64,000 nucleotides of DNA, taken from NCBI GenBank assembly GCA_017883185.1, contig JADGOB010000003.1, forward strand, positions 7,136 to 71,135, in the 5' to 3' direction. Numbering within the stretch: position 1 is the stretch's first letter; the number at the start of each line of letters is the position of its first letter. The DNA is from Acidobacteriota bacterium. Its GTDB lineage: Bacteria > Acidobacteriota > Vicinamibacteria > Vicinamibacterales > Fen-181. The notes beneath the pieces were generated by a model. It saw only the letters and a program-made list of their open reading frames with translations, was not told the origin of the DNA and searched no databases. The translations under genes and the position numbers were made by a program. Below are positions 36,666 to 45,952 of the stretch, one piece after another.

Positions 36666-37718
36666 TCAGTCCCTCTGCCAGCCGCGCGGGACGTCCACCC
36701 ACGGCTTGGGAATGAAGAGCTGTTCGAACAGGCCGACGGCAAACCGGTCGGTCATGCCGGCCAGGAAATCGCGGGCAGCGGCGTCCACGCCCTCGTGCTC
36801 GACCGTCCGGCGGTCGAGGAACTCCGCAGCGCGTTCGCGCACCTTTTCCCACAGGCCGCCCAGGATGTCGGCCGCCTTTCGGAACTCGACCGTGGAGAGG
36901 TCGTTCTCGTAGACGGAACGGAACAGGAACGCCCGGAGGTCCAGCGTCGCCGCGAGCGTCTCGTCGCTCATCCGGATGTGATCGAGGCCGGCGTCCTTCG
37001 TGGTGACGATGACGTCCTTCACCATGCGGCCGATCCGCTCGGAGGGAGAACGCCCGAGCAGCGCCACCGCGTCCCGCGGCAGGTCGTCGTCCACGAGGAG
37101 GCCCGCGCGGATGGCGTCGTCGGTGTCGTGGTTCACGTAGGCGATCAGGTCGGAGACGCGGATCAACTGTCCTTCGAGCGTCCTGGCCTGGTCGTCGCCG
37201 CCGGTGGGCGAGCCCGATTTCCCCTTCGAGTGTCGGGCGATGCCGTCCCGCACTTCCCAGGTGAGGTTCAGGCCGTGGCCGTCGCGCTCCAGCACGTCCA
37301 CCACGCGAAGGCTCTGCGCGGTGTGCACGAATCCCCCGGGAACCAGCTTGTTCAGGACGCGCTCGCCCCAGTGCCCGAACGGGGTGTGCCCCAGGTCGTG
37401 GCCAAGGCCGACCGCTTCGGTCAGTTCCTCGTTCAGGTGCAGCGCCTTGGCGATCGTCCTCGCGATCTGCGACACCTCGAGCGTGTGCGTCAGCCGGGTC
37501 CGATAGTGGTCGCCGGCAGGCGAAAAGAACACCTGCGTCTTGTGCTTCAGCCGGCGGAACGCCTTGCAATGGATGATGCGGTCGCGGTCGCGCTGAAAGG
37601 CCGGCCGTATGTCGTCCTCGGCCTCGGGCCGGAGACGTCCTCGCGTGTCGGCGCTGCAGGCCGCCTGCGGGGCGAGAAACTGTCGCTCTCGCGCCTCCAG
37701 ATCTTCGCGGATCGTCAT
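36666..37718 (-). CDS. dgt: dGTP triphosphohydrolase-like HD domain protein
   Basis: FQRDRDRIIH, RLTHTLEVSQIAR, GHDLGHTPFGH motifs. Confidence 0.85.
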   Translation of the reverse strand: MTIREDLEARERQFLAPQAACSADTRGRLRPEAEDDIRPAFQRDRDRIIHCKAFRRLKHKTQVFFSPAGDHYRTRLTHTLEVSQIARTIAKALHLNEELTEAVGLGHDLGHTPFGHWGERVLNKLVPGGFVHTAQSLRVVDVLERDGHGLNLTWEVRDGIARHSKGKSGSPTGGDDQARTLEGQLIRVSDLIAYVNHDTDDAIRAGLLVDDDLPRDAVALLGRSPSERIGRMVKDVIVTTKDAGLDHIRMSDETLAATLDLRAFLFRSVYENDLSTVEFRKAADILGGLWEKVRERAAEFLDRRTVEHEGVDAAARDFLAGMTDRFAVGLFEQLFIPKPWVDVPRGWQRD

Positions 37719-37729
37719 CGGGATAGGTG

Positions 37730-38908
37730 TCAGCGGATGTCGTTCAAGAAGCTCGTGCCGTGCGCGAGCGGGCCCACGCCGAACACGGCGGCCAGCGTCT
37801 GGCCAAGGTCCGCGAACGTCGGACGGGTCCCCAGGTTCACGCCCGCCCGCACGTGCGGGCCGTACGCCACCACCGGCACGTACTCGCGGGAGTGGTCGGT
37901 GCTCGCCGTCGTCGGGTCGTTCCCGTGATCGGCGGTGAGGATCAGCAGGTCGTCGGGCTGCAGCCGAGGCAGCAACTCCGACAACCGGGCGTCGAACCGC
38001 TCGAGGTTCAGCGCGTACCCTTCCACGTTGTTCCGGTGTCCGTAGACGGTATCGAAGTCCACGAGGTTGACGAAGATCAGGCCGCGGGGCGTGTCGGCGA
38101 GCGCGCGCTCCACCTGGTCCATCCCCTCGTCATCCGACGCGGTGTGCACCGACCTGGTCACGCCCTGCCCCGCGAACAGGTCCTCGATCTTGCCGATCGC
38201 GTGGACGGGGATCCCCGACGCCTTCAACAGGTCCAGCAGCGTCTCTCCCGCCGGCGGGATGGCGAAGTCGTGACGATTCGACGTGCGCCGGAACGCACCC
38301 GGCGTGCCGACGAACGGCCGCGCGATGATGCGCCCGAGCCCGATGCCCTTCACGAGCATGTCGTAGGCGATCTCGCATTGGCGGTACAGCTCGGGGACGG
38401 GAATCACGTCCTCGTGCGCGGCGATCTGGAACACGCTGTCGGCCGACGTATAGACGATGGGACAACCGGTCCGCACGTGCTCGGGGCCGAGTTCCTCGAT
38501 GATCACCGTGCCCGACGCGACCGTGTTCCCCAGCGTCTTGCGACCGATGCGCCGCTCGAACTCGCGGATCGTCTCTTCCGGGAAACCGTGGGGAAACACC
38601 GGAAAGGCGTGCTCGACGGCGAGGCCCATCAACTCCCAGTGCCCGGTCACCGAGTCCTTGCCGGGCGAATGCTCCGCCATTCGGCCGAACGCCGCGGCGG
38701 GTGCGACCACCGGCTCACCCCCGGGCACCTCCACGATGCGCGACAGCCCGAGACTCCGCAGCGTGGGAATCTGCAGCGGCACCCTGCGGGCGATGTTCCC
38801 GAGCGTGTTGCTGCCCTGGTCGCCGTACTCCGCCGCGTCCGGCAACTCGCCGACCCCGACGCTGTCGAGGACCACGACGATCGCGCGCGAAAAAGAGGAG
38901 GGGCTCAC
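37730..38908 (-). CDS. deoB: Phosphopentomutase
   Basis: VVLDSVGVGELPDA N-terminal metal-binding site and TADHGNDPT motif; 392 aa. Confidence 0.9.
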   Translation of the reverse strand: MSPSSFSRAIVVVLDSVGVGELPDAAEYGDQGSNTLGNIARRVPLQIPTLRSLGLSRIVEVPGGEPVVAPAAAFGRMAEHSPGKDSVTGHWELMGLAVEHAFPVFPHGFPEETIREFERRIGRKTLGNTVASGTVIIEELGPEHVRTGCPIVYTSADSVFQIAAHEDVIPVPELYRQCEIAYDMLVKGIGLGRIIARPFVGTPGAFRRTSNRHDFAIPPAGETLLDLLKASGIPVHAIGKIEDLFAGQGVTRSVHTASDDEGMDQVERALADTPRGLIFVNLVDFDTVYGHRNNVEGYALNLERFDARLSELLPRLQPDDLLILTADHGNDPTTASTDHSREYVPVVAYGPHVRAGVNLGTRPTFADLGQTLAAVFGVGPLAHGTSFLNDIR

Positions 38909-39168
38909 TGGGCCTGGTGGCTGTAGTAGCTGTTGATGGCCCGCGCCGCCGTGATCGTCGCGATGGCGTGCTTGAAGATCATCTGGTCGGCGCCGTCGCG
39001 CTCGACGATCACGGCGAAGCGATCGAAGTTCTTGATACGGCCTTCGAACTCGGATCCGTCCAGGAGCCGAAAGCGGACCGGCTGCCGGTCGCGCCGCGCG
39101 TGATTCAGGAAGGCGTCCTGGATGTTCGGGGTCGTGGGCGCGGCCTTGGATTCGGAAGTTGATGGCAT
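38905..39168 (-). CDS. hfq: RNA chaperone Hfq
   Basis: Sm1/Sm2 region IQDAFLN ... VRFRLLDGSEFEGRIKNFDRFAVIV ... MIFKHAI. miaA-hfq gene order. Confidence 0.9.
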   Translation of the reverse strand: MPSTSESKAAPTTPNIQDAFLNHARRDRQPVRFRLLDGSEFEGRIKNFDRFAVIVERDGADQMIFKHAIATITAARAINSYYSHQAQ

Positions 39169-40142
39169 CAGGAGATCTCCTCGCCTCGGGCGCCAGCGTC
39201 CGGCACGCGGAGACGATGGTCGACGATCCGGCGGGCGCTCTCGAACGCCGACGGCAAGTGGCCCGGACCTGGAATCTTGTCTAGGTTAGGCTCTTTGCGA
39301 AACCAGATCAACTGACGCCGCGCGTACTGGCGCGTCTCGCGCGCGATCAACTCGCGCGTCGCCGCCTCGTCCCGCATCCCGCGCAGGTGCTCGAGCGCCT
39401 GGCGGTAGCCCAGCGCGCCGAATGGGCGCGCGGTGGGCGGGATGCCGTCGTCGAGCAGCGCCCGGGCTTCGTCGAACAGGCCGCGCCGGATCTGGTCGTC
39501 CACGCGCCGATCGATCCGCTCGTTCAGGATGGCCGCCGGCACGTCGAGGCACAGGCCGACCGTGCGGACCTCCGGCAGCGGCGAGACCGTGGCGGCAAAG
39601 TGGGCCGTCAGCGGGACCCCTGTGAGGAAGTAGACCTCGAGCGCGCGGACGAGACGGACGAGGTCGCGGAACTGGATGCGCGCGGCCGAGGGCGGGTCCA
39701 CGCGCGCCACCATGCGGTGCAGGAACGCGGCGCCCCTGCGTGCCGCGATCGCGCCCAGGCGGTCGCGCAGGCGCTGATCGCGGCCTGGACCCGGAAACAG
39801 CCCGCGCGTCAACGCGCGGAAGTAGAACCCGGTTCCGCCCGCGAGGATCGGAAGCCGTCCACGGGCGAGGATCGCGCGCGCCACATCGGCAGCCTCGCGC
39901 CCGAAGCGCGCGGCGGTGAAGTCGTCGGTGGGATCCGCAACGTCGATCAGGTGATGGGGAATGCCCCGGCGATCGGCGAGCGGCACCTTGTCGGTGCCGA
40001 TATCGAAGCGCCGGTAGACGGCGGTCGAATCGCAGCTGATGACCTCGCCGTCGTAGCGCTCGGCCAGCGCGATCGCGAGGGCGCTCTTGCCGCTGGCCGT
40101 CGGGCCGAGCACCGCGATAAGAGAAGGACAGGGCGGGGTCAC
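39168..40142 (-). CDS. miaA: tRNA dimethylallyltransferase
   Basis: P-loop GPTASGKSALA, ISCDSTAVY, DEFTAARF-like region. GTG start at 40142. Confidence 0.9.
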   Translation of the reverse strand: MTPPCPSLIAVLGPTASGKSALAIALAERYDGEVISCDSTAVYRRFDIGTDKVPLADRRGIPHHLIDVADPTDDFTAARFGREAADVARAILARGRLPILAGGTGFYFRALTRGLFPGPGRDQRLRDRLGAIAARRGAAFLHRMVARVDPPSAARIQFRDLVRLVRALEVYFLTGVPLTAHFAATVSPLPEVRTVGLCLDVPAAILNERIDRRVDDQIRRGLFDEARALLDDGIPPTARPFGALGYRQALEHLRGMRDEAATRELIARETRQYARRQLIWFRKEPNLDKIPGPGHLPSAFESARRIVDHRLRVPDAGARGEEIS

Positions 40143-40145
40143 GCG

Positions 40146-40229
40146 TTATGGGAAGAAGAGGCGTACCAGGACGTAGAGTACCAGGATCGAAGCGAGACCG
40201 AGCAGACCAGCCTGCTGCGTGCGCGTCAT
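40146..40229 (-). CDS. Candidate 27-aa single-pass membrane peptide (unannotated small ORF)
   Basis: ATG 40229 preceded by GGGAG 8 nt upstream. Encodes MTRTQQAGLLGLASILVLYVLVRLFFP. TAA stop lies 3 nt before the miaA GTG. Too short for the 60-aa ORF track. Confidence 0.3.
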   Translation of the reverse strand: MTRTQQAGLLGLASILVLYVLVRLFFP

Positions 40230-40248
40230 GCCGCGTGCTCCCTGCCGA

Positions 40249-41220
40249 TTACCGATACGGCGGCGTTTCGTTGTAGTAGAACGTGACGGTGAAGAAGCAA
40301 CGGTCGGCCGGGTACTCGGGGGGCAGCGGCTGCGTCGGGTTCGACGTCACGAGCGCCCCCTGGGCGGCACGGTTGAACGCATGGACCGGGCACGGGCCTG
40401 GCACGTCAATCTCGGTGATGCTCCCGTCCCTGTGGACATTGAACGTCACCACGACGTGTCCCTTCATCGTCATCGCCGCCATCGGGATCAGCCAGTTGCG
40501 CTTGAGCTGGGCGATGAACCGGCGCAACCAGGGCCCGAACTCGACGCCTTTCGAATCGAACTGGATGTCGGCCTGCGGCTGGCCGCCCTCGCCGCCGGGA
40601 TTGTTGAAGACGTCACCCTGCGCGTAGCGGAAGGGGTTAGCGACAGCGGCCGACAACGGGCCAGGGGCGCCCATCGCACCGGGAGCGCCGCTGCGGGCCA
40701 TCCCCATCGGCGGACCCGGGAGCCCCAGCACGCTCGGCAAGCCGTTCTGCCCGTTCTGGCCGTTCTGCCCCTGACGCTCGAACTGCTGTTGCTGCGCCTG
40801 AGGGTCGGGCCGCTCCATGCGCTGCGGCGTCCTCATGGCCGGCTCTTCCACGCGCTCGTACGTGTTGCCGCGCGAGAACGGCAGCGGGTTGGTGGGATTC
40901 GGCGAACGCTCGCGTGCCGCCGCCATCCGGTTCTGATCGGACGCCACGGCATCCGGCCGAGCGGTCCGGGACGGACGATCGACCCGCGGCGCCATGAACA
41001 CGAACCGGGTTGGCTCCCGCTTGACGGGAACCACCCCGGCCCGCTTCGCGCCGTCCGACGCGGGCATCGATGCCAGGACCACGAGCGCGATGAGGGCAAC
41101 GATATCGAGAAAGAACGCGACCGAGACGGCGACGATGAGGTGGAGCAGTCCCTCCAACCGCGCGACATCGCGGTTCAGCGCCAAGTAGTCTGGACGATCG
41201 TCATAGAAGTCGAAGTACAT
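40249..41220 (-). CDS. TonB C-terminal domain protein
   Basis: Start set to ATG 41220 (MYFDFYDD...). One N-terminal TM helix, a long Pro/Gln/Gly-rich linker (QGQNGQNGQNG) and a TonB_C-like end (IQFDSKGVEFGPWLRRFIAQLKRNW ... VTFNVHRDGSI). No exbBD nearby. Confidence 0.7.
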   Translation of the reverse strand: MYFDFYDDRPDYLALNRDVARLEGLLHLIVAVSVAFFLDIVALIALVVLASMPASDGAKRAGVVPVKREPTRFVFMAPRVDRPSRTARPDAVASDQNRMAAARERSPNPTNPLPFSRGNTYERVEEPAMRTPQRMERPDPQAQQQQFERQGQNGQNGQNGLPSVLGLPGPPMGMARSGAPGAMGAPGPLSAAVANPFRYAQGDVFNNPGGEGGQPQADIQFDSKGVEFGPWLRRFIAQLKRNWLIPMAAMTMKGHVVVTFNVHRDGSITEIDVPGPCPVHAFNRAAQGALVTSNPTQPLPPEYPADRCFFTVTFYYNETPPYR

Positions 41221-41232
41221 GAAGGATAAGAA

Positions 41233-41238
41233 ATTATA
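41233..41238 (-). promoter_or_regulatory. -10 box TATAAT (minus sense), 12 nt upstream of the tonB-like ATG
   Basis: GCTATAATTTCTTATCCTTC-ATG on the minus strand. A second TATAAT (minus sense) lies at 41296-41301. Confidence 0.35.
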
Positions 41239-41321
41239 GCATCCGGCCGTCGAAGGACCGCCGGAGCAGGGCAGGCGCTGGCAGGGCCTCTTTTCATTAT
41301 AGACGCGGACCGTCCGGGTTT

Positions 41322-41342
41322 GGCCGCACTCTTTCTGCGGCC
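41322..41342. other. 7-bp hairpin in the divergent tonB-like / GT4 spacer
   Basis: GGCCGCA-CTCTTTC-TGCGGCC. Function unknown; could be a 5' UTR structure or an operator. Confidence 0.3.
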
Positions 41343-41383
41343 ATCGGAAAGCCCGACCGCTTGTGCTATTGTTGGACGCCTCG

Positions 41384-42508
41384 ATGGTCCGAATTCTCCA
41401 CATCGCCCGGATCGCGTCGGTCCTCACGGAGCGGCGAGTCACGCTGATGGCGAGCGACCCGGGCTGTTCCTTCAGGCTCGTCCGTCCCCGGTGCTGGGGC
41501 GGTCCGTTCGACGCGGGCAGGGTCCACGACCGACAGCGCCTCGAGGACGTGCGGCTGGTTCGGATGTGGCGGGCCATGGACCCGCACCGCGGGCTCTACC
41601 AGACCGCAGGCTTCGGTATCAGGCGCGCGGCGCCCGACCTCATCCACGCAGAGGAAGAACCCGACAGTCTCGCCGCGCTCCACGTCGCGGCGGCCCGGCG
41701 CGTGCTCGCGCCGCGCGCGCGCCTGGTCCTGTTCACCTGGCAGAACGTCAACCGCCCCAAGAGCCCGCTGGTCAATTGGGTGCTGCATCGGACGCTGGCT
41801 GCCGCCGACGCGGTGATCTGCGGAAACCTCGGCGCCGTGGCCCTGCTGCGCGAGCTGGGTTACGGCCGCCCCACTCCGGTCATCCCGGCCCTCGCGTTCG
41901 ATGCCAGCATCTTCTATCGACGGTCGGTGCCACGCCTCAGCGACCGTTTCACGGTCGGCTACGTCGGCCGCCTGGCTCCCGAAAAAGGGATCGACACGCT
42001 GCTGAGGGCTGTCGCGCAGATCGGTCCGCCTGCATTGCTGGTCGCAGCCGGGTCAGGGCCTTGCCGGTCCGCGCTCGAGGAACAGGCGCGCGGCCTCGGG
42101 ATCGGAGACTCGGTGCGTTTGGTCGGCCTGCTCGATCCCAATGGCGTGGCAGACCTGCTGAGCGCCATGGACGTACTGGTGGTGCCGTCGCGATCGACCC
42201 CGGTCTGGCAGGAACAGTACGGGCGCGTCATCGTGGAAGGCATGGGATGCGAGGTGCCGGTGATCGGGTCCGAGTCCGGGGCGATACCGGAAGTCGTCGG
42301 CAGTGCCGGACTCCTCTTTCCAGAGGACGACGTGGCCGCGTTGGCCGAGCACCTGCGGCAGCTTCGGGCCTCAGCCGCCCGGCGCCAGGAGATTGGACGC
42401 CGCGGGCGAGAATGGGTCTTGTCAGCCCACACCCCAGCGCTCAGAGCGCGCCAGACGCTGGACTTCTACCGGCAACTGGTCGGCGAGCCAGCCAGAGGGT
42501 CGCGATGA
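41384..42508 (+). CDS. Glycosyltransferase family 4 (GT-B)
   Basis: MVRILHI N-terminus. C-terminal GT4 region VVPSRSTPVWQEQYGRVIVEGMGCEVPVIGSESGAIPEVV. ATG 41384 preferred over GTG 41363. Confidence 0.8.
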   Translation: MVRILHIARIASVLTERRVTLMASDPGCSFRLVRPRCWGGPFDAGRVHDRQRLEDVRLVRMWRAMDPHRGLYQTAGFGIRRAAPDLIHAEEEPDSLAALHVAAARRVLAPRARLVLFTWQNVNRPKSPLVNWVLHRTLAAADAVICGNLGAVALLRELGYGRPTPVIPALAFDASIFYRRSVPRLSDRFTVGYVGRLAPEKGIDTLLRAVAQIGPPALLVAAGSGPCRSALEEQARGLGIGDSVRLVGLLDPNGVADLLSAMDVLVVPSRSTPVWQEQYGRVIVEGMGCEVPVIGSESGAIPEVVGSAGLLFPEDDVAALAEHLRQLRASAARRQEIGRRGREWVLSAHTPALRARQTLDFYRQLVGEPARGSR

Positions 42509-43635
42509 TCGCCGGCCCTGTCGTCCTGGACACGCGGACCGCGTCACCACACTTCCCCGGGATCGGTCGCGCGGTCACCGGCCTCGCGCGGGCCCTCGCA
42601 GTTCGGGCGGACTCGCCACCCGTGGTGCTCCTCCACAACGCCGTGCCGGACGAGCGACTTCCTCTCGCCGTGCTGCGAGGCATCACGTGTACGGCGTCGC
42701 CCTTCGCCCCGCGGCAGCAGTGGGAGGTCCGCCAGCTTCTTCGTGCCGCAGGCGCCTGCCTTTACCACAGCCCCTACTACCTGATGCCGTTCGCACCCGG
42801 CGTTCGGACGGTCGTCACCTGCTACGACCTGATCCCGCTGACGGTCCGCGGCCTGTTCGGTCCGGCACGACGCGCGGCTTTTTGGGTCGCCCACGCACTG
42901 GCGTTTCGCGCCGCCGCGGCGATCGTGGTGCCATCGGAAGCCACCCGACGCGACGTCTCACGCCTCTTCCCCACCCACGCATCGAAGGTCGAAGTCATTC
43001 CAATCGGATGGCGGTTTGCCGATGCGCCAGGTGCGGACGAAGCCCGCCGGCTGCGATCCCGACTGGGCATCACCGGGCCGTACGTGCTGTCGGTCGGCAG
43101 CAACAAGCCGCACAAGAACCTGCGCACGCTCCTGGACGCCTGGGCGCGCCGCGTCGATCAACGACGGGGAGGCAACACCGGGTGTTGTTCGCTGGTGATC
43201 GCAGGTCCGCGTGACGCCCGATACACCGGCCACCTGCCACAGGCTCGACGACTCCGCGACAGCGGGCACCTCATCGACACTGGACCGGTATCCGATTCGA
43301 TGCTGTCCGCGCTCTACCAGGGCGCCACGCTGTTCATCTTTCCTTCGGTCGCCGAGGGGTTCGGCCTCCCGGTGATCGAAGCGATGGGCCATGGCGTTCC
43401 TGTCGTTTGCAGCCGTATTCCGGCGCTCACCGAACTGGCCGGCGACGCGGCCGCGATGTTCCCGCCGACCGACGTGGACCGGCTCTCCACCCTGGTCGAT
43501 CACCTGCTCGACGCGACCGCGGACCTCGAGAAGATGCGCGAGAACGGGTTGGCACGGGCGGCGGCGTTCGAATGGGATCGGGCCGCCGCGGCAACGTCCA
43601 CGCTGTACGACCGTGTACTGAGAGAACACCCGTGA
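42505..43635 (+). CDS. Glycosyltransferase family 4 (GT-B)
   Basis: ATG 42505 overlaps the upstream stop (ATGA). C-terminal FIFPSVAEGFGLPVIEAMGHGVPVVCS motif. Confidence 0.8.
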   Translation: MIAGPVVLDTRTASPHFPGIGRAVTGLARALAVRADSPPVVLLHNAVPDERLPLAVLRGITCTASPFAPRQQWEVRQLLRAAGACLYHSPYYLMPFAPGVRTVVTCYDLIPLTVRGLFGPARRAAFWVAHALAFRAAAAIVVPSEATRRDVSRLFPTHASKVEVIPIGWRFADAPGADEARRLRSRLGITGPYVLSVGSNKPHKNLRTLLDAWARRVDQRRGGNTGCCSLVIAGPRDARYTGHLPQARRLRDSGHLIDTGPVSDSMLSALYQGATLFIFPSVAEGFGLPVIEAMGHGVPVVCSRIPALTELAGDAAAMFPPTDVDRLSTLVDHLLDATADLEKMRENGLARAAAFEWDRAAAATSTLYDRVLREHP

Positions 43636-44813
43636 ACGGAGAGCGTTCCGCCCGCGCGCTGCTCGGGTTCTGCACCGTGGCGTTCCTGGTGGTTGGCGAC
43701 CTGTGGTTCCCCCCTGGCTCGCCCTGGCACCACCTCCGGCTCCCGTTGCTCGGCGCCGCCATCGCGGCTGCGCTGGCTGTCACCGCGCGGCGCCCCCAGA
43801 TCCTGCGAACGCTCGGACGGTTCCCGCTCGTCTTCTTCTCGGTGTTCGCGGGGCTCGACCTTGTCGCCTCGATGCTCGCCGAGCGGCCGCTTCCGTCGCT
43901 CCGATATGCGGCGGGGTACGTCGCCGTCGAGATCCTGGCCGTCGCGATCGCCGCGGTCTTCTCCGAGCGGGCGATTGTCCGCGGCCTGCTCTTCGCGGTT
44001 GGGGTGAAGCTGGTCGCGTCGCTGGCATTCGCCCCGTCACCGATCGCCTGGTGGACGCACACGCGGTTCATGGGCCTGCTCGGCAGCCCGAACCCGATGG
44101 GCGCCGCCGCCGGCCTAGCCTACCTCCTCATCGTGCTTCATGGCTGGTATGATTGGCCTCGAAAGCCGATCAGGGTGGCGCTCGTTGCTGGCGGCCTCGC
44201 AGCAACGACGACGATGGCCGTCACCCAGAGCCTGAGTGCGCTGGGCGCGACCCTCGCTACGCTCGTCTGCCTGGCGCCCCTCGGCCGGGTGCGCGAGTCC
44301 ACACGCCGGGAACGGGTGGCGTGGGCAGTGGTCGTGGTGGCAGCGCTCGCCCCTCTGCTGATGATCACCGGCGGTGGCGGCGGAATGGCGCCGAGACCCA
44401 CGACTCCCACCCAGGCGGTCGTCTTGCGCTCGGGCTGGTGGGGTATGCTGCAAGAAGCGGTCTGGCGTCACCCGTGGCTGGGGTACGGCGCGGGCAGTAC
44501 GCCGTCGCTCGGGATTGCGGGCGCCCCGTACTGGGGCACCAGCGCGCATAACCTGTACCTCGAAGCGGCAGTCTACGCGGGCGTGCCGGCGGCGCTCGCC
44601 ATGATGCTGTTCATGGCGAGCGCCCTGTTCGCGGCCGTCGCGAGGGTGTGCCGGGCCGGGGGTGGAGTTCACGTCGGCCTCGCGGTTCCCATGGTGTTTT
44701 ACGCGGCGTTGTCGTTCGTCGAACCTGTGCTGCTCAACGGCGTTCCGTCCAGCTTGGTCGCGCCGCTGATCGTCGCCGCGGTGTGCGCGTTGCGAGTCGG
44801 CGACCGGCCATGA
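43632..44813 (+). CDS. O-antigen ligase/polymerase-like (Wzy_C family) membrane protein
   Basis: GTG 43632 overlaps the upstream stop (GTGA). About 10 TM helices. Loop WLGYGAGS ... SAHNLYLEAAVYAGV resembles the O-antigen ligase family. Confidence 0.7.
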   Translation: MNGERSARALLGFCTVAFLVVGDLWFPPGSPWHHLRLPLLGAAIAAALAVTARRPQILRTLGRFPLVFFSVFAGLDLVASMLAERPLPSLRYAAGYVAVEILAVAIAAVFSERAIVRGLLFAVGVKLVASLAFAPSPIAWWTHTRFMGLLGSPNPMGAAAGLAYLLIVLHGWYDWPRKPIRVALVAGGLAATTTMAVTQSLSALGATLATLVCLAPLGRVRESTRRERVAWAVVVVAALAPLLMITGGGGGMAPRPTTPTQAVVLRSGWWGMLQEAVWRHPWLGYGAGSTPSLGIAGAPYWGTSAHNLYLEAAVYAGVPAALAMMLFMASALFAAVARVCRAGGGVHVGLAVPMVFYAALSFVEPVLLNGVPSSLVAPLIVAAVCALRVGDRP

Positions 44814-45952
44814 GAATCCTGCACCTCTACAAGGACTACAGCCCGGTGCTGGGCGGGATCGAGAACCATATCCGGGTTCTCGCCGAGGCGCAGGTCGCGC
44901 GCGGCCACGACGTGACGGTGCTGGCCGCGAACCGCGGCTGGCGCACGAGCCTGCAGACGATGAACGGGGTGAACGTGGTGCTCGCCTCGCGCCTGGGCAC
45001 AATCGCGTCGACGCCCATCAGCCCTTCGCTGTTCTGCTGGCTGGCGCGCATCGAGACCGACATCGCGCATCTCCATTTTCCACACCCGCCGGGTGAAGTG
45101 GCGCACTTGCTCCTGGGCCGCGCTGCAGGCACGGTCATCACCTATCACGCCGACATCGTCAGGCAGCGCCGGTTGCTGCGCGTCTACCAACCGCTCTTGC
45201 GTCGGGTGCTGGCGCGGGCGGATCGGATCCTGGTGACGAGCCCAACGTACGCGGACACGTCCCCCTACCTGCGCGACGTCCGGGACAAGTGCCTTATGGT
45301 GCCGCTCGGGATCGACGTCGAGCGCTTCGAGAACCGCTCGGGCCACACGCCGACCGGCTTGAGGTCGCGGTGGGGCCTGCCTCCGGACCGGCCGGTGGTC
45401 GTCTTCGTGGGACGGTTGCGGTACTACAAGGGGCTCGACTACCTGCTGCGGGCGCTGCCGCTGGTTCCCGACGTCCACGTGCTGCTCGTCGGAGACGGCC
45501 CGCTGTGGGATCACACGCGGGCGCTGGCGGCAGACCTTGGGGTGGCCGCGCGGGTGGTGTTCACGGGCGACGTGAGCGATGCCGATCTTCCCACGTGCTA
45601 CATGGCCGGCGACATCTTCGTGCTGCCGTCCCACACGCGGGCCGAGGCGTTCGGCACGTCGATCGTGGAGGCGATGGCGGCGGGGTTGCCGGTCATCAGC
45701 ACCGAGATCCAGACGGGAACGTCGTGGGTGAACCAGGGCGGCGTGACGGGTCTCGTCGTGCCGCCGTGCGACCCCGACGCGCTCTCGTGCGCCATCCGCT
45801 CGCTGGTGGACGATCCCGGAAAGCGGGCGGCCATGGGACGGGCCGGCCTCGCCCGCGCCCGCGAGCTCTTCCAGGCCTCGACAATGGTGGATGCGGTGGA
45901 GACGGTGTACCGCGAGGTGCTGGCGAGCCGTCGGCCGACAGCTGACAGCTGA
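44810..45952 (+). CDS. Glycosyltransferase family 4 (GT-B)
   Basis: ATG 44810 overlaps the upstream stop (ATGA). MRILHLYKDYSPVLGGIENH N-terminus. FVLPSHTRAEAFGTSIVEAMAAGLPVIST motif. Confidence 0.85.
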   Translation: MRILHLYKDYSPVLGGIENHIRVLAEAQVARGHDVTVLAANRGWRTSLQTMNGVNVVLASRLGTIASTPISPSLFCWLARIETDIAHLHFPHPPGEVAHLLLGRAAGTVITYHADIVRQRRLLRVYQPLLRRVLARADRILVTSPTYADTSPYLRDVRDKCLMVPLGIDVERFENRSGHTPTGLRSRWGLPPDRPVVVFVGRLRYYKGLDYLLRALPLVPDVHVLLVGDGPLWDHTRALAADLGVAARVVFTGDVSDADLPTCYMAGDIFVLPSHTRAEAFGTSIVEAMAAGLPVISTEIQTGTSWVNQGGVTGLVVPPCDPDALSCAIRSLVDDPGKRAAMGRAGLARARELFQASTMVDAVETVYREVLASRRPTADS

